Shown piece by piece: positions 62,173-64,000 of a DNA stretch of 64,000 bases (the stretch's first letter is position 1; each line of letters starts with the position of its first letter). Origin of the DNA: Octopus vulgaris (Eukaryota); the NCBI GenBank assembly GCA_951406725.2, contig OX597822.1, positions 99,076,001-99,140,000 on the forward strand, given 5' to 3'. The notes beneath the pieces were generated by a model. The model was not told the origin of the DNA. It ran no database searches and was given only the letters and a program-made list of their open reading frames with translations. The position numbers and the translations under genes are program-made.

Positions 62173-62327
62173 TATATATATAGATAGATAGATATAGACA
62201 CAGACACACTTATATGTCTGTATGTATATACACACTCACACACACACACTCACACACACATACATACACACACACACACATACATACACACACACACATA
62301 TATATGAACGCTATGCAAGTGATTTTG

Positions 62328-62423
62328 CATCCATAAAACACTTAGTTTTATAGATGACTCATCAAACTCTAATAGCCATTAGAGTCTGAGGAGTTGTCTA
62401 TAAAGCTAAGCTCTTTATGGATG
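62328..62423. repeat. Imperfect fold-back with hammerhead-core fragment
   Basis: catccataaaacacttagttttatagatgactcatcaaactctaat versus attagagtCTGAGGAgttgtctataaagctaagctctttatggatg. Confidence 0.8.
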
Positions 62424-62455
62424 ACTGGATGACTGGACATATATTTAACTGCATG

Positions 62456-62498
<43 letters not shown>

Positions 62499-62543
62499 AT
62501 GATAAATCTCAGAGCGAGTTATAAACAGTAGCGGTAACACATC

Positions 62544-62697
62544 GTGACGCATATTTGCCATTTGAATATGGCTCACCCATAAGAGTGGATGCTACTGTAG
62601 TTTGTAGCCCCAGGAGGAGATATCTTCCTGGGGCTACAAACTACAGTAGCATCCACCCTTATGGGTGAGCCATATTCAAATGGCAAATATGCGTCAC
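62544..62697. repeat. Near-perfect palindrome (72-bp arms, 1 mismatch, 10-nt loop) in an element bounded by (TA)n
   Basis: Arms 62544-62615 and 62626-62697 compared base by base. Confidence 0.97.
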
Positions 62698-62821
62698 TAT
62701 ATATATATATGTATGTTGATATTGATATTGATGTCTGTTTTATGCAAAGTTATATATAAAAATAGTTGAACATTAAATTGAAGGATCACTCAAAAATTTT
62801 TTTGTAGAGTATCATATGATT

Positions 62822-62869
62822 TAGTCTGATGATGGGTACGAACCCAAAACTTCAAATTACTGTCAGACT
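62822..62869 (+). ncRNA. Degenerate hammerhead-like motif
   Basis: CTGATGA-t-gggt-acga-accc-aaaac...gtc; G of GAAA lost, stem I poor. Confidence 0.4.
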
Positions 62870-63379
62870 TTTTCTTGAAATAAGAACTTGGAAATCACTA
62901 TCAAACTTTTCAACTTTTCCTTATGAAAATTTAAATGCGCGCACACACACACACACACATTAAAAGCTAAAGTTTCATGCAAATTACATTGAGTTTCACA
63001 TTATAAATTATTCAAATGTTTAATGGAGTGTAACAGTGCAACAATATGTTAGTAAAAAGTTTTGTAAACAGATCAAAGCATGATTAGTTCTTGAGATTTG
63101 TTTGGTTCACATAAAAACATTAAAACATTACAAGACTCACACATTCATCTCTTCAATTGCTATACATAGAGCATGTCATATATTCCTTTATTCATATGCA
63201 AAAACACATATTTTCATGTCTTTCAGTATCACATGTGTAAAACACACAAAATCAAGGAAGATGAATATTGTAATTGAAGTTTCAGGTTGATAAAAATTGA
63301 ATATTTTCTTCAATATGTGAACCTTCTTTAACAGAATAGTGTCCATACTGTGAGAGATAAAACATTTCAGCTACTTGTT

Positions 63380-64000
63380 AGTTAGACATTTCTCAGTAAA
63401 TATGAATGGTAGTGTCTGCAAGAATTCCCCAATTCTCATCTTTTGTTCAAAATTGCAAAATGTTGTAATAGGATGTAATAGATGTTGGAGAAACCAAGAT
63501 CCCATTTCTGGAGAAATTTATATAGAAGTACATGTTTTGTAAAAGTTGAGTGGATTTTATAATTGTTAATCTTATGGTCTCTTAAACTTCAGATAGATTT
63601 GGATGTCCTTCTGAGTATTTGAATCTAAAAATATATTGAAAAATCTTTTTAAAGGGGTTTTCAGAAAATTTTATATAGCTATTTTCACTGTTGTTTACAA
63701 GGGAGATCTTAGCTTGATAAACTAATGCATTAGAAAGATTACTGTCACTGAGAGGGTATGTATTAGGGTTATTACTATTACATAGAAAAATGTTTTGCAC
63801 ATTCTTATACTGTCTTCAGAAGCAGCAAAGTCTTTGGTGCAACAGCAACTCACCATAATTCTATTTTTGTTAAAGATCTTATGATAACTTTGATTTACTG
63901 AAAAATGCTTCTTTTTAAGGTTAATATCCTAGAAGCATTGGAACAAATATTGACACTGTATTTGGTTTCCCATTTTTGCATTTTTAACTTTAAGTGCTCT
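63380..64000 (-). mobile_element. Highly decayed Penelope-like element (linker plus GIY-YIG), third lineage
   Basis: Fragments KKHFSVNQSYHKIFNKNRIMVSC, CNSNNPNTYPL..NLSNALVYQAKI...SYI..SENPFKK, LNKR*ELGNSCRH. Confidence 0.7.

Noticed and set aside
62544-62697. miRNA precursor call for the long hairpin
   Set aside because: Arms too long and perfect, and context matches the fold-back element class; no expression evidence

Overview
AT-rich, microsatellite-saturated eukaryotic DNA, intronic or intergenic. The repeat repertoire looks like octopus/coleoid cephalopod, which is an inference from recalled repeat motifs. No intact host gene is recognisable: one plausible minus-strand coding exon (52106-52284), and nearly all listed ORFs are microsatellite artefacts. 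The window is a transposon graveyard: a CR1-like LINE, two RTE families, an R4/Dong-type LINE in (TAA)n, decayed Tc1 and mariner elements, non-autonomous Helitrons, hAT/Tigger/GG-ended MITEs, a probable solo LTR, three tRNA-derived SINE families and GIY-YIG remnants of at least three Penelope-like (PLE) lineages. The most notable pattern is more than ten short fold-back elements lying in or beside (TA)n tracts, plus several minimal type-I hammerhead-ribozyme motifs, including a non-canonical CUGUAGA core in two copies. Together these suggest a microsatellite-targeting, ribozyme-bearing population of PLE-derived mini-elements. A template-switch DUP-INV-DUP rearrangement (3.1-7.3 kb) and several datable nested insertions are also readable. 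All coordinates were read by eye and ends are approximate unless TSDs/TIRs are quoted.
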